Of a DNA stretch of 64,000 bases, positions 13,051 through 24,404 are shown piece after piece. A program made the position numbers and the translations under genes. Source of the DNA: Piedraia hortae CBS 480.64 (taxonomy: Eukaryota). The notes under the pieces are model-generated. The model did not search any database. It was given only the letters and a program-made list of their open reading frames with translations, and was not told the DNA's origin. The stretch spans positions 1 through 64,000 of the forward strand of contig MU005991.1 in the NCBI GenBank assembly GCA_010093745.1, written 5' to 3'. Each line of letters begins with the position of its first letter. Position 1 is the first letter of the stretch.

Positions 13051-13490
13051 TTGGGACGTCTTGACCAGTGTAATCCGGCGCATGGGTTCAACAATTCTGG
13101 GCTACTGGAGGTTCGTAATGAACAGTGACGGTTTGCCGAAGTGACGCACAATCGACATTGAGCCTTGGTAAACTCGGCGTTGATGCCGGTCATATCCGAT
13201 AGGAGGACGGAAGAAAAATTCTTTGCACCCCATGCCTAGATGGCCCGCAGGATTCAGGCCGCAAAATCAACGAGGAGCGCATGCTGGCTCCGCTCCAGCC
13301 AGACCAGCCTGGTCTGGTCAAAAGTGGAACAAGTGGCCAGTAAGATTGACGGCATGTATCTGGAAGAATGCAAGAAGGATAGATCAGCCCGTTCTCTATA
13401 GTGGAAGAAGAGATTTCATACTGCTGTTCGAGGTATGAAATCTAATTAAATTTTTGAAAGTGCGTGTTCAGATACCAACTTTAGTTATCT

Positions 13491-13526
13491 GGGGCAGCGG
13501 GGCAGCGGGGTAGTGGGGTAGCGGGG
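13491..13526 (+). repeat. GGGGYAGY tandem repeat, five G4 tracts
   Basis: ggggcagc ggggcagc ggggtagt ggggtagc gggg read directly. Confidence 0.9.
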
Positions 13527-13673
13527 CTGTTAGACCTGCGTAAAATTGGGTACTGCGTAGATCTGAGACCAGCACGATGATTATAAAAGTGCCCCACCAG
13601 CTCATCCATTATATTTCACACAAATGCATGTGACAGCTTCTCATGTGACGTACGCTGTGACGGAGAGTTCCAA

Positions 13674-15158
13674 ATGGCCACAGACCGCACGCCGTCATCC
13701 CACCGTCGCGAGCCCTCGTTGCATCCGTCGCCGGCAGTCTCACATCGGTCCAGCTTCGCCGAAAACCTCCGCGGCAATCCGCGCCGTATGCCGTCCTTTA
13801 CTGGAGGTCTGAACGACCTCCTCATGTATCCACCGACCAAAGACGGCGCAGAGTCGCGCTTCCGCGGCCGCGACTGGCGCTCCGTGCAGGTGTCGGAGAT
13901 CATCGATACGGCCGACGCGCGCTTCGTCGAGCTGGACACGTCGATCGAAGAAACCACCAAACTGCTCATCCGCTCCGGCTCGCCTAACGTGGTACTGGTG
14001 CGCGAATCGCACAAGACCAAGACGTGCATCGATACGTTCGACTACTCGGACCTCAATGCCTACCTTTTGCTCGTGCTAGGCCTTAGCTCGCCGCCGGAGT
14101 CGCAGGATATGGTTCGGCGCGCGCGCGGCGGCGAGGCCATCCCGCTGCGCGACCTGCTGCACCATCTAGGCCCGCGCGAACCGCCCATTGCGATGCCGCG
14201 CACGGCCGACCTCACCCGGGCTATGGAGGTGCTGGGAAGCGGCATGCACCGTGTCGTCATCACTAAGGAAGGTACTAGCGAGGCCGTTGGCGTGCTCTCG
14301 CAGCTGCGTCTTGTCCGCTTCTTCTGGGACAACGATCAGAACTTCGCGGCGACATCTGACTTGTACGCGCGGTCGCTGAAGGAGCTGCAGCTCGGCACAA
14401 AGGACGTCATGTCGATTGGCGGCGACAGACCGCTGTCGGACGCGCTGCTGCTGATGCACGAGCAGGGCATCACCTCCCTGCCAGTTCTGGACGCCCAGCG
14501 CAACGTTGTCGGAAACGTCAGCCATGTTGATGTCCGCGTATGTGTTTTCCGCCTTGACCTTGCTGATTTCGCTGACATTTCAAAGCTGCTGACAGACACC
14601 TCGTCTATTCCGCTGTTGTCGTCCAGCTGTCTTCACTTCATCTCCGTTATTCTGTCCGAGCGTGGGCTGGAAGACGGCAAGGACTCGTATCCCGTCTTCT
14701 ACGTGACACCGCTCAGCACCCTGGCACAAACGGTGGCTAAGCTCTGTGCGACGCGTTCTCACCGTATGTGGATCGTTGACCAGCAGGCGTCGCCGTCTGG
14801 CAGCGTGCCTCCGAGCCCGGGTATCGTGGCTTCGTCGGGACCGCCTGGAACTCCCATGGCCCGTCGAGCAAGCCACGATATAGGGTCCACAGCACCGCCT
14901 ACTATCATACCGGGCGCCTCTCTTAGCGGTCGTCTCTCCGGGGTCGTTAGCCTGACGGATATCCTAAATCTCTTTGCGCGTGCTAGCGGCCTGTCACCGT
15001 GCGATCCGGACGAGATTCGCAAGCGTCGTCGGCGGAGCAGCTCTTCTTCGCAGCGACCGAATCTCGACAGCGTCCGGGCCAGCATGGAGAGACCGCGAGG
15101 TGACAGCTCGGCGGGGAGGAGCTCGCGTAGCACGTCTAGTAATCGCGTCGTAGCTTAA
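13674..15158 (+). CDS. SDS23: CBS-domain protein Sds23/Moc1 (in-frame intron 14538-14585)
   Basis: TFDYSDLNAYLLLV, LSQLRLVRFFW, GKDSYPVFYV..TVAKLCATRSHRMWIV and GVVSLTDILNLFAR. Confidence 0.9.
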   Translation: MATDRTPSSHRREPSLHPSPAVSHRSSFAENLRGNPRRMPSFTGGLNDLLMYPPTKDGAESRFRGRDWRSVQVSEIIDTADARFVELDTSIEETTKLLIRSGSPNVVLVRESHKTKTCIDTFDYSDLNAYLLLVLGLSSPPESQDMVRRARGGEAIPLRDLLHHLGPREPPIAMPRTADLTRAMEVLGSGMHRVVITKEGTSEAVGVLSQLRLVRFFWDNDQNFAATSDLYARSLKELQLGTKDVMSIGGDRPLSDALLLMHEQGITSLPVLDAQRNVVGNVSHVDVRVCVFRLDLADFADISKLLTDTSSIPLLSSSCLHFISVILSERGLEDGKDSYPVFYVTPLSTLAQTVAKLCATRSHRMWIVDQQASPSGSVPPSPGIVASSGPPGTPMARRASHDIGSTAPPTIIPGASLSGRLSGVVSLTDILNLFARASGLSPCDPDEIRKRRRRSSSSSQRPNLDSVRASMERPRGDSSAGRSSRSTSSNRVVA

Positions 15159-16590
15159 AGTCCCGCATGAGTAGATGAGCCATGTTTTTCCCCATCAGCG
15201 CGTTAGATTCCATTGTAGAAATGAACGGATCCATTCCCCCTGTACTGTAGATGCCATGTCCAAGCTGTTCGGCAGGGAACTTAGCTCGTGGGACTGCATA
15301 AGGGTAGCTCTTCCATTCCTTTCTGTGAAGCCAAGTCACTGCGTTCGCAGAGGGAAACATTCGCGAGAGGCCCTCTTCGTCCAAGGGCTGTGGAGAGAAG
15401 AGCTTGTAAAGGTATTCCCTCTTCCCCGACTTGGGGCCGGGGAGGATATCCAGTAAAGACAGGCTGAAAAATCCTGGGTTCTTGGCACTATCAGGCGGAA
15501 GAGTTGTCAAAACAACATCAGGGACGGGCTCTCCGTTGAGCCAAGTCCTTGACACCCTCTCCGTAGCCGTGATAAGCGTAACATGCAGTGTCACGTAGTC
15601 AACTTGTTCCTCAGGGTCTGACAGGATGATCCCAGACTGGCTCAATGGGCCGGTGACGACGACGGCATCGAAGGCCTCCTTCGCCTCCACCCCATCAGGG
15701 CGATCAAATGTGACTTCAACTCCTCCGTCCGCGGAACGGTCCACCCTTCTCACCCTCGTATCCAGCCTCAGGTTGACCTCCGCATCAACCAGCCAGCGTT
15801 CGAAGATCAACCAATTCCCTCCCCTAACTGCTACGGCCCCCTCGGCCGCGAGGCTGACCATGGTATCCAGCCCGTGGATCTGGAACAAATTCTGCGCGTA
15901 GTTAACCCTCGTAGCGGCCTGGATGATCTCTCTTGCGAAGCGTTCCTCCACTCCACTCTCCGAGAGAAACAACTCGCCCGTCGAATTCACTACGGGAATA
16001 AGACCTGCGCCCTCTGCTACCGCGCCGAGGGAAGTCCACGGCAATCCGGTATACATTGTACAAAACTTCTCCAAGACGCTCGCGACCAGCCTTCTGGTCT
16101 TCAGCGGCGCCAAACCATAGCGATAGATAAGGTCGAGCAGCCGCGAGAGCTTGCTTTGCGAATGCGACGTCTCGTAGACCATTTCCTCGCCGTCATAGAT
16201 CCCCAGTGCTGGAGGTTCCGGTTCATCATGGAGGGAAGTTTCTTCGCGAGGCGCTTTATGTAGACTCGAAAGCTGCAGGTTATACCTCTCCACCGCGTCC
16301 CAAAGGAGTCGGTTAGCTTTGACAAAGATGCTCGCGCCAAGTTCGATGGGCTCGTAGTGAGTCGTGTTACCGTAGGGGAAGACAGTCGTGCTGCGTCCGC
16401 CAATGTACGAGTTTTGCTCGAAGACTGTTATTCGCATGCTGTGATTGCTCAGGATGGATAGGTGGTAGGCGAGCGAGGAGCCCGCTGCTCCGGAGCCGAT
16501 CACGGCCACGGAGCGCGGGCGCGGAAAGAGGACCTCCTGCTGCGAGGCGAATACTAGTGGAAGTGCAAGGAGGAGTGTAGGCTTCATCAT
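15136..16590 (-). CDS. Prenylcysteine oxidase/lyase (FAD-dependent)
   Basis: Signal peptide, VAVIGSGAAGSS, IGGRSTTV, IELGASIFV, ATRVNYAQN and FISTMESNALMGKN. Confidence 0.9.
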   Translation of the reverse strand: MMKPTLLLALPLVFASQQEVLFPRPRSVAVIGSGAAGSSLAYHLSILSNHSMRITVFEQNSYIGGRSTTVFPYGNTTHYEPIELGASIFVKANRLLWDAVERYNLQLSSLHKAPREETSLHDEPEPPALGIYDGEEMVYETSHSQSKLSRLLDLIYRYGLAPLKTRRLVASVLEKFCTMYTGLPWTSLGAVAEGAGLIPVVNSTGELFLSESGVEERFAREIIQAATRVNYAQNLFQIHGLDTMVSLAAEGAVAVRGGNWLIFERWLVDAEVNLRLDTRVRRVDRSADGGVEVTFDRPDGVEAKEAFDAVVVTGPLSQSGIILSDPEEQVDYVTLHVTLITATERVSRTWLNGEPVPDVVLTTLPPDSAKNPGFFSLSLLDILPGPKSGKREYLYKLFSPQPLDEEGLSRMFPSANAVTWLHRKEWKSYPYAVPRAKFPAEQLGHGIYSTGGMDPFISTMESNALMGKNMAHLLMRDFKLRRDY

Positions 16591-16672
16591 GTGTCGTGGA
16601 TTCCGGTCACCATTATCGCTGCCAGCTGCAGCAGGTCCGAGTCATGCATAAAGTTTAGCGCAATCCACAAAC

Positions 16673-16709
16673 GCACACACACACACACATACGCACATAC
16701 ATACATACA
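16673..16709. repeat. (AC)n / (ATAC)n microsatellite
   Basis: cacacacacacacacatacgcacatacatacataca read directly. Confidence 0.85.
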
Positions 16710-17239
16710 ATTTTACTTGTCAAATCAATACTGTACCGGATATTGGAATCCGCTCAAAATTAATGACACAGAATTGGTGGGATATTTTGCCATTGAGTAT
16801 CTAAGCTACCTCAATATTGCCCTTTTTTTTGGTTTAATTTCTTCTTCTACCAGTTCCCCGGGTTGTAAACCCGAAAGAACCAGACTGATACGGGTCATCC
16901 TCCTAAACGAGCGGAGGAGAATGTGATCAACAGTTGCCTCATTTGGACCTCGATCGGAGCATCCAGAAAAAAAAGTCCTCGGTCCTCGACTTCGTTCGGA
17001 CCACGAACGTAATCGGAAATTCCGTATCCGTCCATTTGGTTGAAAGAGTATTCGAAATGCGCTTACCGGCTGGTCTTTGAATGGAAATCAACAGCAGAAA
17101 CTTGTACAGTGCCCGTAGCCCAGCTGGAATAAAATGGATAAAGAAAACCCTTACCCCCAAAGGACGGGCGCCAAAAACTCCAAAGAACGCCGTGAAAAGA
17201 AAGAACCCAAGAAGAAACCGAAAACATTGCAGGAGGTGA

Positions 17240-18745
17240 TTAAGCACGAGCCGCGCTTGGCGGCGCATTCTGCCGTCCTGGCTGACGTCCATGCAGGCCT
17301 CCATGTTGTGTTGTGTCACGAGGGGGTCCTCGATACCCACCCCTGCCACCTCCTCGGCCACCGCGGTACCCGCTAGTACGGTTCGCGGGGTTTCGCAGGT
17401 CGCGACCGTCACCTTGTTGACGTCGGGTATCTGCCTGTGGCTGTTGGTTCTGGTTCTGCGCTGGCAGAATTGGTCGCGGGATGTTTTCAGGAGACTCGTA
17501 CACATACAGTTTGTTGTCAATCGACTGCGGAATCGGCTGAATTTCGGTACCAAGTTCCTGCTCAATCCTGTACAAGTTAAATCTGTCATCCCAGTTGATC
17601 AAGTTAATGGCGAGGCCGAGGTGTCCGTAGCGGCCTGAACGCCCGACTCGATGAAGGTACGTCTCTGCATTTTTGGGAAAGTCGAAATTGATGACTACGT
17701 TAACACCCTGAATGTCGATGCCGCGAGTGAGGAGGTCAGAACACACGAGGTTGCGTACTGTCCCATTTCGGAAGTCGTGGAAAACACGATTACGGTGATG
17801 TTGGAGCATTTTAGCATGAGAGTAATAGCAGGAATATCCCAGCTCTGTTATCTTCTTGGCAAGGAGCTCAACACGCGCCGTGCTGTTGCAAAAGATGATG
17901 GATTGGTTAATCTGGAGACGGCTAAAGAGCGTGTTGAGGCAGTGCACCTTTTGTTTCTCTTCGACAAAGGCATAGTACTGCGTAATACCTCTCAGCGTGA
18001 GCTCATCCATGAGATTGATCTCGTGGGGCTCGTGCATGTGCTTGTCCATAAACGACTTGACGATTGTCGGAAAGGTGGCAGAGAAGAGCATGACCTGCCT
18101 GTCCTTTGGGTGGTACTGGAGAAGCTGCTCAATTGTCACAGTAAATTCGGGTGACAGAAGCTTGTCAGCCTCGTCCATGACAAATGTCTTGACGGCTGAC
18201 AGGTCAGCTACGTTCTTCGACGCCAGGTCCAGAACACGTCCTGGGGTTCCGACAATGATGTGTACCGTCTCGTTCAGTCTCATAATGTCGTCTTTGAGTC
18301 CAGTGCCTCCCGTTGTCACCATGACATTGATTCCTAAATGCTTCCCCAGCATCTTGCATACTTGCGACGTTTGTAGCGCGAGTTCGCGCGTCGGCACTAG
18401 CAGCAGAGCTTGTGTCTTGTGGACGTTGGGATCAATCCTCTCCAGCGTAGGGATAACAAAGGCTGCAGTCTTGCCTGTACCGTTCTTTGCTCGTGCGAGA
18501 ATGTCTCGCCCTGCTATGGCGATGGGGATGGTCTCTTCTTGGATAGGTGATGGCTTCTCGAACCCGGCCTCGAATATGCCCTTTAGCAGCGGTATCTTGA
18601 GATACAGATCTTCAAAATCAAGGCCCTTGGTTGCAGTTACGTCCTCGGTCTGATACCGGCCGTCTCTGGGGCGCTTTGAGGCAATGTCCCGCCGGTTGAT
18701 ATCTGGGGGCTGACCAGCCGAAGGAGCGTTTGCAGCACTTGACAT
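17240..18745 (-). CDS. DHH1: DEAD-box RNA helicase Dhh1/DDX6
   Basis: [42 protein letters not shown] and an RGG tail. Confidence 0.97.
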   Translation of the reverse strand: MSSAANAPSAGQPPDINRRDIASKRPRDGRYQTEDVTATKGLDFEDLYLKIPLLKGIFEAGFEKPSPIQEETIPIAIAGRDILARAKNGTGKTAAFVIPTLERIDPNVHKTQALLLVPTRELALQTSQVCKMLGKHLGINVMVTTGGTGLKDDIMRLNETVHIIVGTPGRVLDLASKNVADLSAVKTFVMDEADKLLSPEFTVTIEQLLQYHPKDRQVMLFSATFPTIVKSFMDKHMHEPHEINLMDELTLRGITQYYAFVEEKQKVHCLNTLFSRLQINQSIIFCNSTARVELLAKKITELGYSCYYSHAKMLQHHRNRVFHDFRNGTVRNLVCSDLLTRGIDIQGVNVVINFDFPKNAETYLHRVGRSGRYGHLGLAINLINWDDRFNLYRIEQELGTEIQPIPQSIDNKLYVYESPENIPRPILPAQNQNQQPQADTRRQQGDGRDLRNPANRTSGYRGGRGGGRGGYRGPPRDTTQHGGLHGRQPGRQNAPPSAARA

Positions 18746-19197
18746 AGAGTTTACAGTGGCTTCTATAGGTTAGAAAGAACTAAAGCTCTTCTGGAATTGG
18801 AAATGGCTGTCTGGTGTGACTGATGTTGCGATTGAGGTGGGGGAAACACGTTGGGGTGCCTGAGGCCGCGACGCGTTGGTGTGTTTACCTGTGCGAACCG
18901 GATGTGTCTGGGGTTTTGTGTTCTGTTGGCAAAGTCCATAAGCGGGTTGTTGTGCTGGAAAGCACTATGGCAACAGTGGCAGCTTTCGCAGCACACAAGG
19001 CGTCTCTTTGTTTGTGGTGTTAGTGAAAGGGGCATGGCGAAACGTGTCGTCACAGAGCCCGCTATGTACCTCGGCGTGGGGAATGCTATGGAGAACTGAC
19101 TATAATATATATGGGGCTCCCCTACTCATGTTCATCTCTAGCGATTCCAGGTGTCTGTCCATGATAACCTTGTTGAAATGCCTAATCCAGTAAGCTC

Positions 19198-19908
19198 CTA
19201 TAAACTCTGTCCCATGGCTTCCAAACACGCACTTCTAGTTTGCTCAACTCCCTTTACAAGCTTCCACCTTTCCAATAAACTGGAAACCCGCTCCCATTCT
19301 GCATGTGCCTGTTTACTTTTCCCTTCTGACATCATATTCTGTAATCTTTGTGGAGCGTCCAACACCCACTGAGCTACTTGCTGCTGCTGCTGCCTCTTGC
19401 TCGTATTTCCATCCGATTGTCGTCGTCCCATTTCATTCGACAGCTCTGCCGCGGCTTCAGCTATTCGCTTAATATCGCTCGCCAACCTTTGTGTCTCAGT
19501 AGCTGGATCCATCTTCTCTCGCATCTTCCGTATCGTTTCGGTGGCTGTGATCAGCTTGCTGTAGTTGTCATACACCAGAGCCTTCTTTTCTCCATCCAGC
19601 ATTCGAATATCATTGATTGACCTGGCTTCAATTCGCAAGATGCCTTCCAAGCTCTCGTGTGCAAGTAGCGTCTGAACATATGTTTCGGGATCAGTTATGG
19701 TCATCTCTGACTCGAGCTTTTCGGATGGGACCTCTACAGGAGACTCTGCTGATGCAGCACCGGATAAGCCATAGTAATCGCGTAATGCGGCACGGTTACG
19801 ACGAGAGCTGGCTGCTGGACGAGGCCTGGAAGAAGAAACATCTGGAGACAAGGAGTTGCGCCTGGAGGAGAAGGTAAGAGAGGAACGGGGCGAATCTATG
19901 GCTGACAT
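19198..19908 (-). CDS. VPS51: GARP complex subunit Vps51/Vps67
   Basis: RRNRAALRDYYGL and LDGEKKALVYDNYSKLITATETIRKM. Confidence 0.88.
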   Translation of the reverse strand: MSAIDSPRSSLTFSSRRNSLSPDVSSSRPRPAASSRRNRAALRDYYGLSGAASAESPVEVPSEKLESEMTITDPETYVQTLLAHESLEGILRIEARSINDIRMLDGEKKALVYDNYSKLITATETIRKMREKMDPATETQRLASDIKRIAEAAAELSNEMGRRQSDGNTSKRQQQQQVAQWVLDAPQRLQNMMSEGKSKQAHAEWERVSSLLERWKLVKGVEQTRSACLEAMGQSL

Positions 19909-20404
19909 TCTAGTTAAAGGTGTATATGCTCACAAATGATGGCTTCCTTAAAGGATGCAACCAAGGTGGAAGTTGTAACCTACTTTGGGACTAGCCTGTA
20001 CGGATCGGCCCGCTTAACCGAGACCTTGGACCGCTGATCTCCGTTTGTTTAATCTCCTTTTCCCGCCCAAACACAACGCGTTCAGCATCGTCTTTTCGAG
20101 TGCTTGTGACGAGGTTGAGTATTGAGCACTGAATTCTGAATTCAAGCCCTCTCCCAGTCCACATCACGCCCGACATCACACGCTCCCTCAATTCCTTCTC
20201 CCTGGCTACACCCTCCACACTCCTTCTGCAAGCCCACCTGCCCTGCAACCGCTCACCTTCAACACACTGCCCTGCAAGCACACTTTAAGCACATTCGAAG
20301 CACCCACAGCACTCTCTCTTTGCTCCCCTCGCGGTAGCTAGCAGTGACAGAAGAAAACACCTTTAAAAAAAACGTAACACGTGTCTTCTCACAAATTGTT
20401 CATA

Positions 20405-21811
20405 ATGGCCGAAACGCCCGTCGAAACTCATACTCCAGCCACGCAAAAGCGTCCTCTTGAAGACCCTTCATCCCCTTCTGGTCCGACCGATCAGCCTGAG
20501 GCCAAACGTCCTGCTCTCGGAAAGACTGTCAAAGAAGATGGCGCTGACGACGAGCACACTGTCGACCTCAAGGCTGACGATGCCACCGAAGCCATGACCA
20601 AGATTGCCGTCTCTGAGAAGCCCACTGTCTCTCAGCCAATTGTTGCTCAGTCCCCAGTGACCCAAACCGATCGCTCCGAGGGACAGCGTGACTATCAATC
20701 CCAAGATGAATCAGCCTGGCTCCACGTGCGCGCCCTCCTCTCCAGCGCAGAGGCTGCTACACTAATTGGCAAAGGCGGTGAAAATGTTTCTCAAATTAGG
20801 CGCATGTCAGGTGCTCGTTGTACCGTGAGCGAATATACCCGAGGCGCCGTGGAGCGCATTTTGACCGTCAGCGGCCCCTTGGAAGCAGTGGCAAAGGCGT
20901 TTGGTCTGATGATCCGAACCTTGAACCAGGAAGAACTGGACCAGGCATCCACGCCACAGTCCAAGACATACCCGCTGCGTCTTCTCTTGCCCCATGTCCT
21001 AATCGGCTCCATTATCGGCAAGCAGGGTGTTACAATTCGTGAGATCCAGGAAGCTTCAGGCGCGCGCCTTAATGTGTCCGAGTCGTGCTTCCCACTGTCT
21101 ACCGAGCGGTCCTTGGTTGTCTTGGGTGTGGCTGATGCCGTGCACATAGCGACGTACTACGTCGGGAAGAAAATAATCGAGCAGCTTACGGAGCGCTTTG
21201 GCGGCGCAGCGGCATCGAATTATGCCAATCGTCACGGACGCCCACAGGGTGCAGTTCCCGGTGGCATCCAAGTTGTGCCCTATGTCCCATTGAATGGTGG
21301 TGGACAGATTGGCCATACTGAACTCTATAATCGTAAAGGCCATGGTATGCCAAACCGTGGCCCTCCTGCGCCATACGGCATGCCGTACGCACAACCCGCT
21401 CACCCACAGGCCCCTATGCCGTATGGCTCGCCCCGTTCTGCCTCAATCAGCTATGGTCCAAAGGCGCCTCAGCAGCCTTACCCCCAACATGGAACTCCAA
21501 ACCCTATGCCTGTGCATGCGGGAGCTCCGCAGCAACCTATGACCGGAGCGGTGTCCGGACAGCCCATCACGCAGCAAATTTACATTCCCAATGACATGGT
21601 CGGTGCCATCATTGGCAAAGGCGGTGCCAAGATCAACGAGATCCGGCAACTTTCCGGTTCGGTTATCAAGATCAACGAGCCGCAGGACAACAACAATGAA
21701 CGGCTGGTGACAGTCACTGGCACTCCAGAATGTAACCAAATGGCGCTCTACATGCTTTACAGTCGATTGGGCGAGTCGAGTAAGAACAGTAATGCAATTA
21801 TGCCTAGGTAG
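20405..21811 (+). CDS. Triple KH-domain RNA-binding protein (Pbp2/Rnc1-like)
   Basis: Three GxxG KH loops (IGKGGEN, IGKQGVT, IGKGGAK). The 3' end may be spliced (GCGAGT near 21770). Confidence 0.9.
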   Translation: MAETPVETHTPATQKRPLEDPSSPSGPTDQPEAKRPALGKTVKEDGADDEHTVDLKADDATEAMTKIAVSEKPTVSQPIVAQSPVTQTDRSEGQRDYQSQDESAWLHVRALLSSAEAATLIGKGGENVSQIRRMSGARCTVSEYTRGAVERILTVSGPLEAVAKAFGLMIRTLNQEELDQASTPQSKTYPLRLLLPHVLIGSIIGKQGVTIREIQEASGARLNVSESCFPLSTERSLVVLGVADAVHIATYYVGKKIIEQLTERFGGAAASNYANRHGRPQGAVPGGIQVVPYVPLNGGGQIGHTELYNRKGHGMPNRGPPAPYGMPYAQPAHPQAPMPYGSPRSASISYGPKAPQQPYPQHGTPNPMPVHAGAPQQPMTGAVSGQPITQQIYIPNDMVGAIIGKGGAKINEIRQLSGSVIKINEPQDNNNERLVTVTGTPECNQMALYMLYSRLGESSKNSNAIMPR

Positions 21812-22126
21812 TGAACCGTCGCGACCACGAACGTCTGGAAGCGGTTACATTCCATGGGATAACAAACAAAACTGCACTTGATGTGCCGGGTCCAGATGCG
21901 TAAAAATCCCTTTGTTTCCCCGTTTGCAAACGCCCCTTTCCTGCATCCGTTTTCATTGTTCTTTGTCGAACACAAAGACAAGCAACATGGCAGACATCGT
22001 GAACGTGTATTGCATGAATGCGGTGAGTGACAATTGATCAAATGCCCACTTTGCTCCCGAGTATTCACTGCAAACTTGGTGTTGCAAGGGGTCACTTTTG
22101 CCGAAGACACATTCGTTTGATTTACC

Positions 22127-23290
22127 ATGGCCTTGGACTCCGCTTCGCTTCAGCTGAACACGCCCTCGCCGTCGGCATCATCCGCTTCGTCTGTGTCTGA
22201 ACTGCCATTGGAACGCGGACAACTACAACGGGCGCGATCGCGTGTGCAGCGTTCACCGGGGCGGCTACCCCTGAGAAGTTCCTTTCGTTCGCTTTCATCG
22301 TGCGTGGAAGTGATTGTTGGAAATGGTCAGGACCGTAATCGACCCAGGACGACATTCCAGATCCACAAGGAACTTCTTACAAGTGCAAGTCCGTTCTTCT
22401 CTGCCGCCCTGAACGGAAACTTCACCGAAGGCATTCTACAATCGGTCAAGCTGCCAGAAGAGAAGCCTGAGATCTTTGAATGGTTTCTCCAATGGCTTTA
22501 TACCGGCTCCTTAACGGTACCAGTTGCCGGTGAGCTAGCTCCTGCTCTGGTTGGCCTCGCAGACAACCACCACACCCACAACCGTAGCATTGCCTTACCT
22601 CCGATGGGTGGAGGCTATCTCATCCACCGCCACGCGCTGCAGCAACATCAGCAGCAAATCCTGCAGCAAGAGTTCCAAACGCGCATGGACGGTGAGCTGC
22701 GGAACAACCAAGGCAGCCCGAAATATTTCCTACTCATCGACCTCTTCGCCTTGTCTGACAGGTTACTGACGCACCAACTGAGCAATCTCGTGCTCACGAC
22801 CATAGCAAGGCTGAGCGAGACCACCAACTCCGTGCCCACTCCCAGCGACACCTGGATACTCTACGGAGACGACTGTAACAGCGGCATTCGCGAGACGTCC
22901 CGCTTGCGGACGCTGGTCCTCGACCTCTTCGCCTACAAGAAGACGGACAAGCTGCTTGAGACGCACAAGGATGAATGGCATCCGCGATTCCTGCGGGAGC
23001 TTGTCGTGAAACTCAAACGACCAGGTCCGGAGGCGATTGAGCGACATCACCTTGAACCCTGGCGTCCGCGGAGCTGGTCCACAACACGAGCATGCGAGGC
23101 ATGTCGCGAGACGCTGAAACCCGACGTGACGGCTGATCGCTGTGCCGTCTGCCATCGCGCCTACTGCGCCTCCTGTCTCCGGGATGGCATGAACGGAGGC
23201 GCGTACGACCCGAGCATTTGCAAGCCCTGGATGGGACGGGGCATGTGTACCCGATACCACGAGCATCCCGACGGAGACATTTGTAGATAA
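22127..23290 (+). CDS. BTB/POZ-domain protein with a Cys-rich C-terminus
   Basis: FQIHKELLTSASPFFSAAL..F.EG..VKLPEEKPEIFEWFLQWLYTG; C-terminal CxxC pairs and YHEH. Confidence 0.85.
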   Translation: MALDSASLQLNTPSPSASSASSVSELPLERGQLQRARSRVQRSPGRLPLRSSFRSLSSCVEVIVGNGQDRNRPRTTFQIHKELLTSASPFFSAALNGNFTEGILQSVKLPEEKPEIFEWFLQWLYTGSLTVPVAGELAPALVGLADNHHTHNRSIALPPMGGGYLIHRHALQQHQQQILQQEFQTRMDGELRNNQGSPKYFLLIDLFALSDRLLTHQLSNLVLTTIARLSETTNSVPTPSDTWILYGDDCNSGIRETSRLRTLVLDLFAYKKTDKLLETHKDEWHPRFLRELVVKLKRPGPEAIERHHLEPWRPRSWSTTRACEACRETLKPDVTADRCAVCHRAYCASCLRDGMNGGAYDPSICKPWMGRGMCTRYHEHPDGDICR

Positions 23291-23369
23291 ACCGCCACAT
23301 ATCTAATACTCTAACATAGCGGAAGCCATAGAAGAAAGGCGGGTAACCACCATTACAAAGCGTTAATCA

Positions 23370-24218
23370 TCACCACTCCACATTGCCATACTCAAAATCC
23401 CCTAAGTACACACACATAGCCTTACTCCTTCCACTCATACAATAATGTACAACCTTCACCTTTTTCTCCTTCGGCACCAACTCCGCAATCTGTCTCAAAT
23501 CAGTCGTTCTAGGCAGATAAAGCACCAAATCACCCCCTCCCAATCCTTCCACCAGCTCGCGTAACGAATACGGCTCCATCTTTTCCAAATCGAAAATTTT
23601 CTGCTTCACATACTGCGGTCCTCCCCACGGCGGGCTCCCGAAAATCACCACCTCCTCCCTTCTCAACTTTCCTCCATCTCCCCTGGAATCTAAATCCGGT
23701 GAGGAACCCTCGGACGACTCATCTGAAAAAACCTCCTCCTCCTCCATTAACGCACTCTCCCCCGAGTCCACAGCCTCTTCCCGCGAAGCATCCCTCCCAA
23801 CCAATTCCCTTACAACATCAAAACAATCACCCCCCACCCACTCCACTCTATCCTCAACCCTGTAGACGCGTGCGTTATTCTGCGCACAAGTGAGGGTTAC
23901 GTCGTCTTTTTCTATTGCGATTATGCGATCCCATCGCCCTGAGGATGCGAATGCGATTGTGTTTCCGCCTGCGCCGGCGAACGCGTCGATCAGGACGCGT
24001 TTTTTAGGGGATGTGACACTTGAGAGGTGGGAGGAGATTTTGAGGGCGATAGATTCGGGGGTCACGCCGTAGTAGAGCGCATCAGGAAGGAGGATGCCGG
24101 AGGAGAAGCGGGAAAACAAAGTGTGCCGCGCGAGCCAGTATTTGAGTAGATGGTGGGGTATGGTCGTGCGGGTGTGGGTTGTTGGGAGAAGGGATTCTTG
24201 GGCCTCGGGGTGGGGCAT
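23370..24218 (-). CDS. TGS1: Trimethylguanosine synthase
   Basis: KYWLARHTLFSRF, GVTPESIA, IDAFAGAGGNTIAFA and SPPWGGP. Start taken at MPHPEAQ. Confidence 0.9.
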   Translation of the reverse strand: MPHPEAQESLLPTTHTRTTIPHHLLKYWLARHTLFSRFSSGILLPDALYYGVTPESIALKISSHLSSVTSPKKRVLIDAFAGAGGNTIAFASSGRWDRIIAIEKDDVTLTCAQNNARVYRVEDRVEWVGGDCFDVVRELVGRDASREEAVDSGESALMEEEEVFSDESSEGSSPDLDSRGDGGKLRREEVVIFGSPPWGGPQYVKQKIFDLEKMEPYSLRELVEGLGGGDLVLYLPRTTDLRQIAELVPKEKKVKVVHYCMSGRSKAMCVYLGDFEYGNVEW

Positions 24219-24404
24219 TGGAATGGTTGTGTGGGGGTGGGTTTGTGGAGAGGTGATGGTGGATTTTGGGTGTCGAGGTGCATGAGGTTGCTGATCGCCC
24301 CACTTTGATGTACGAGACGGCGCCCCACCTTCTGAGTGTGGATGGATAGCTTGGCATTGGAAAGCTCTAGGTATCGCGTACTGGCAAGGCTTCAAATTAA
24401 AACA

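Noticed and set aside
17997..18653. Long antisense ORFs over DHH1, SMC4, VPS4, POM152 and 32621-33247
   Set aside because: Shadow frames of real genes, with no independent motifs.
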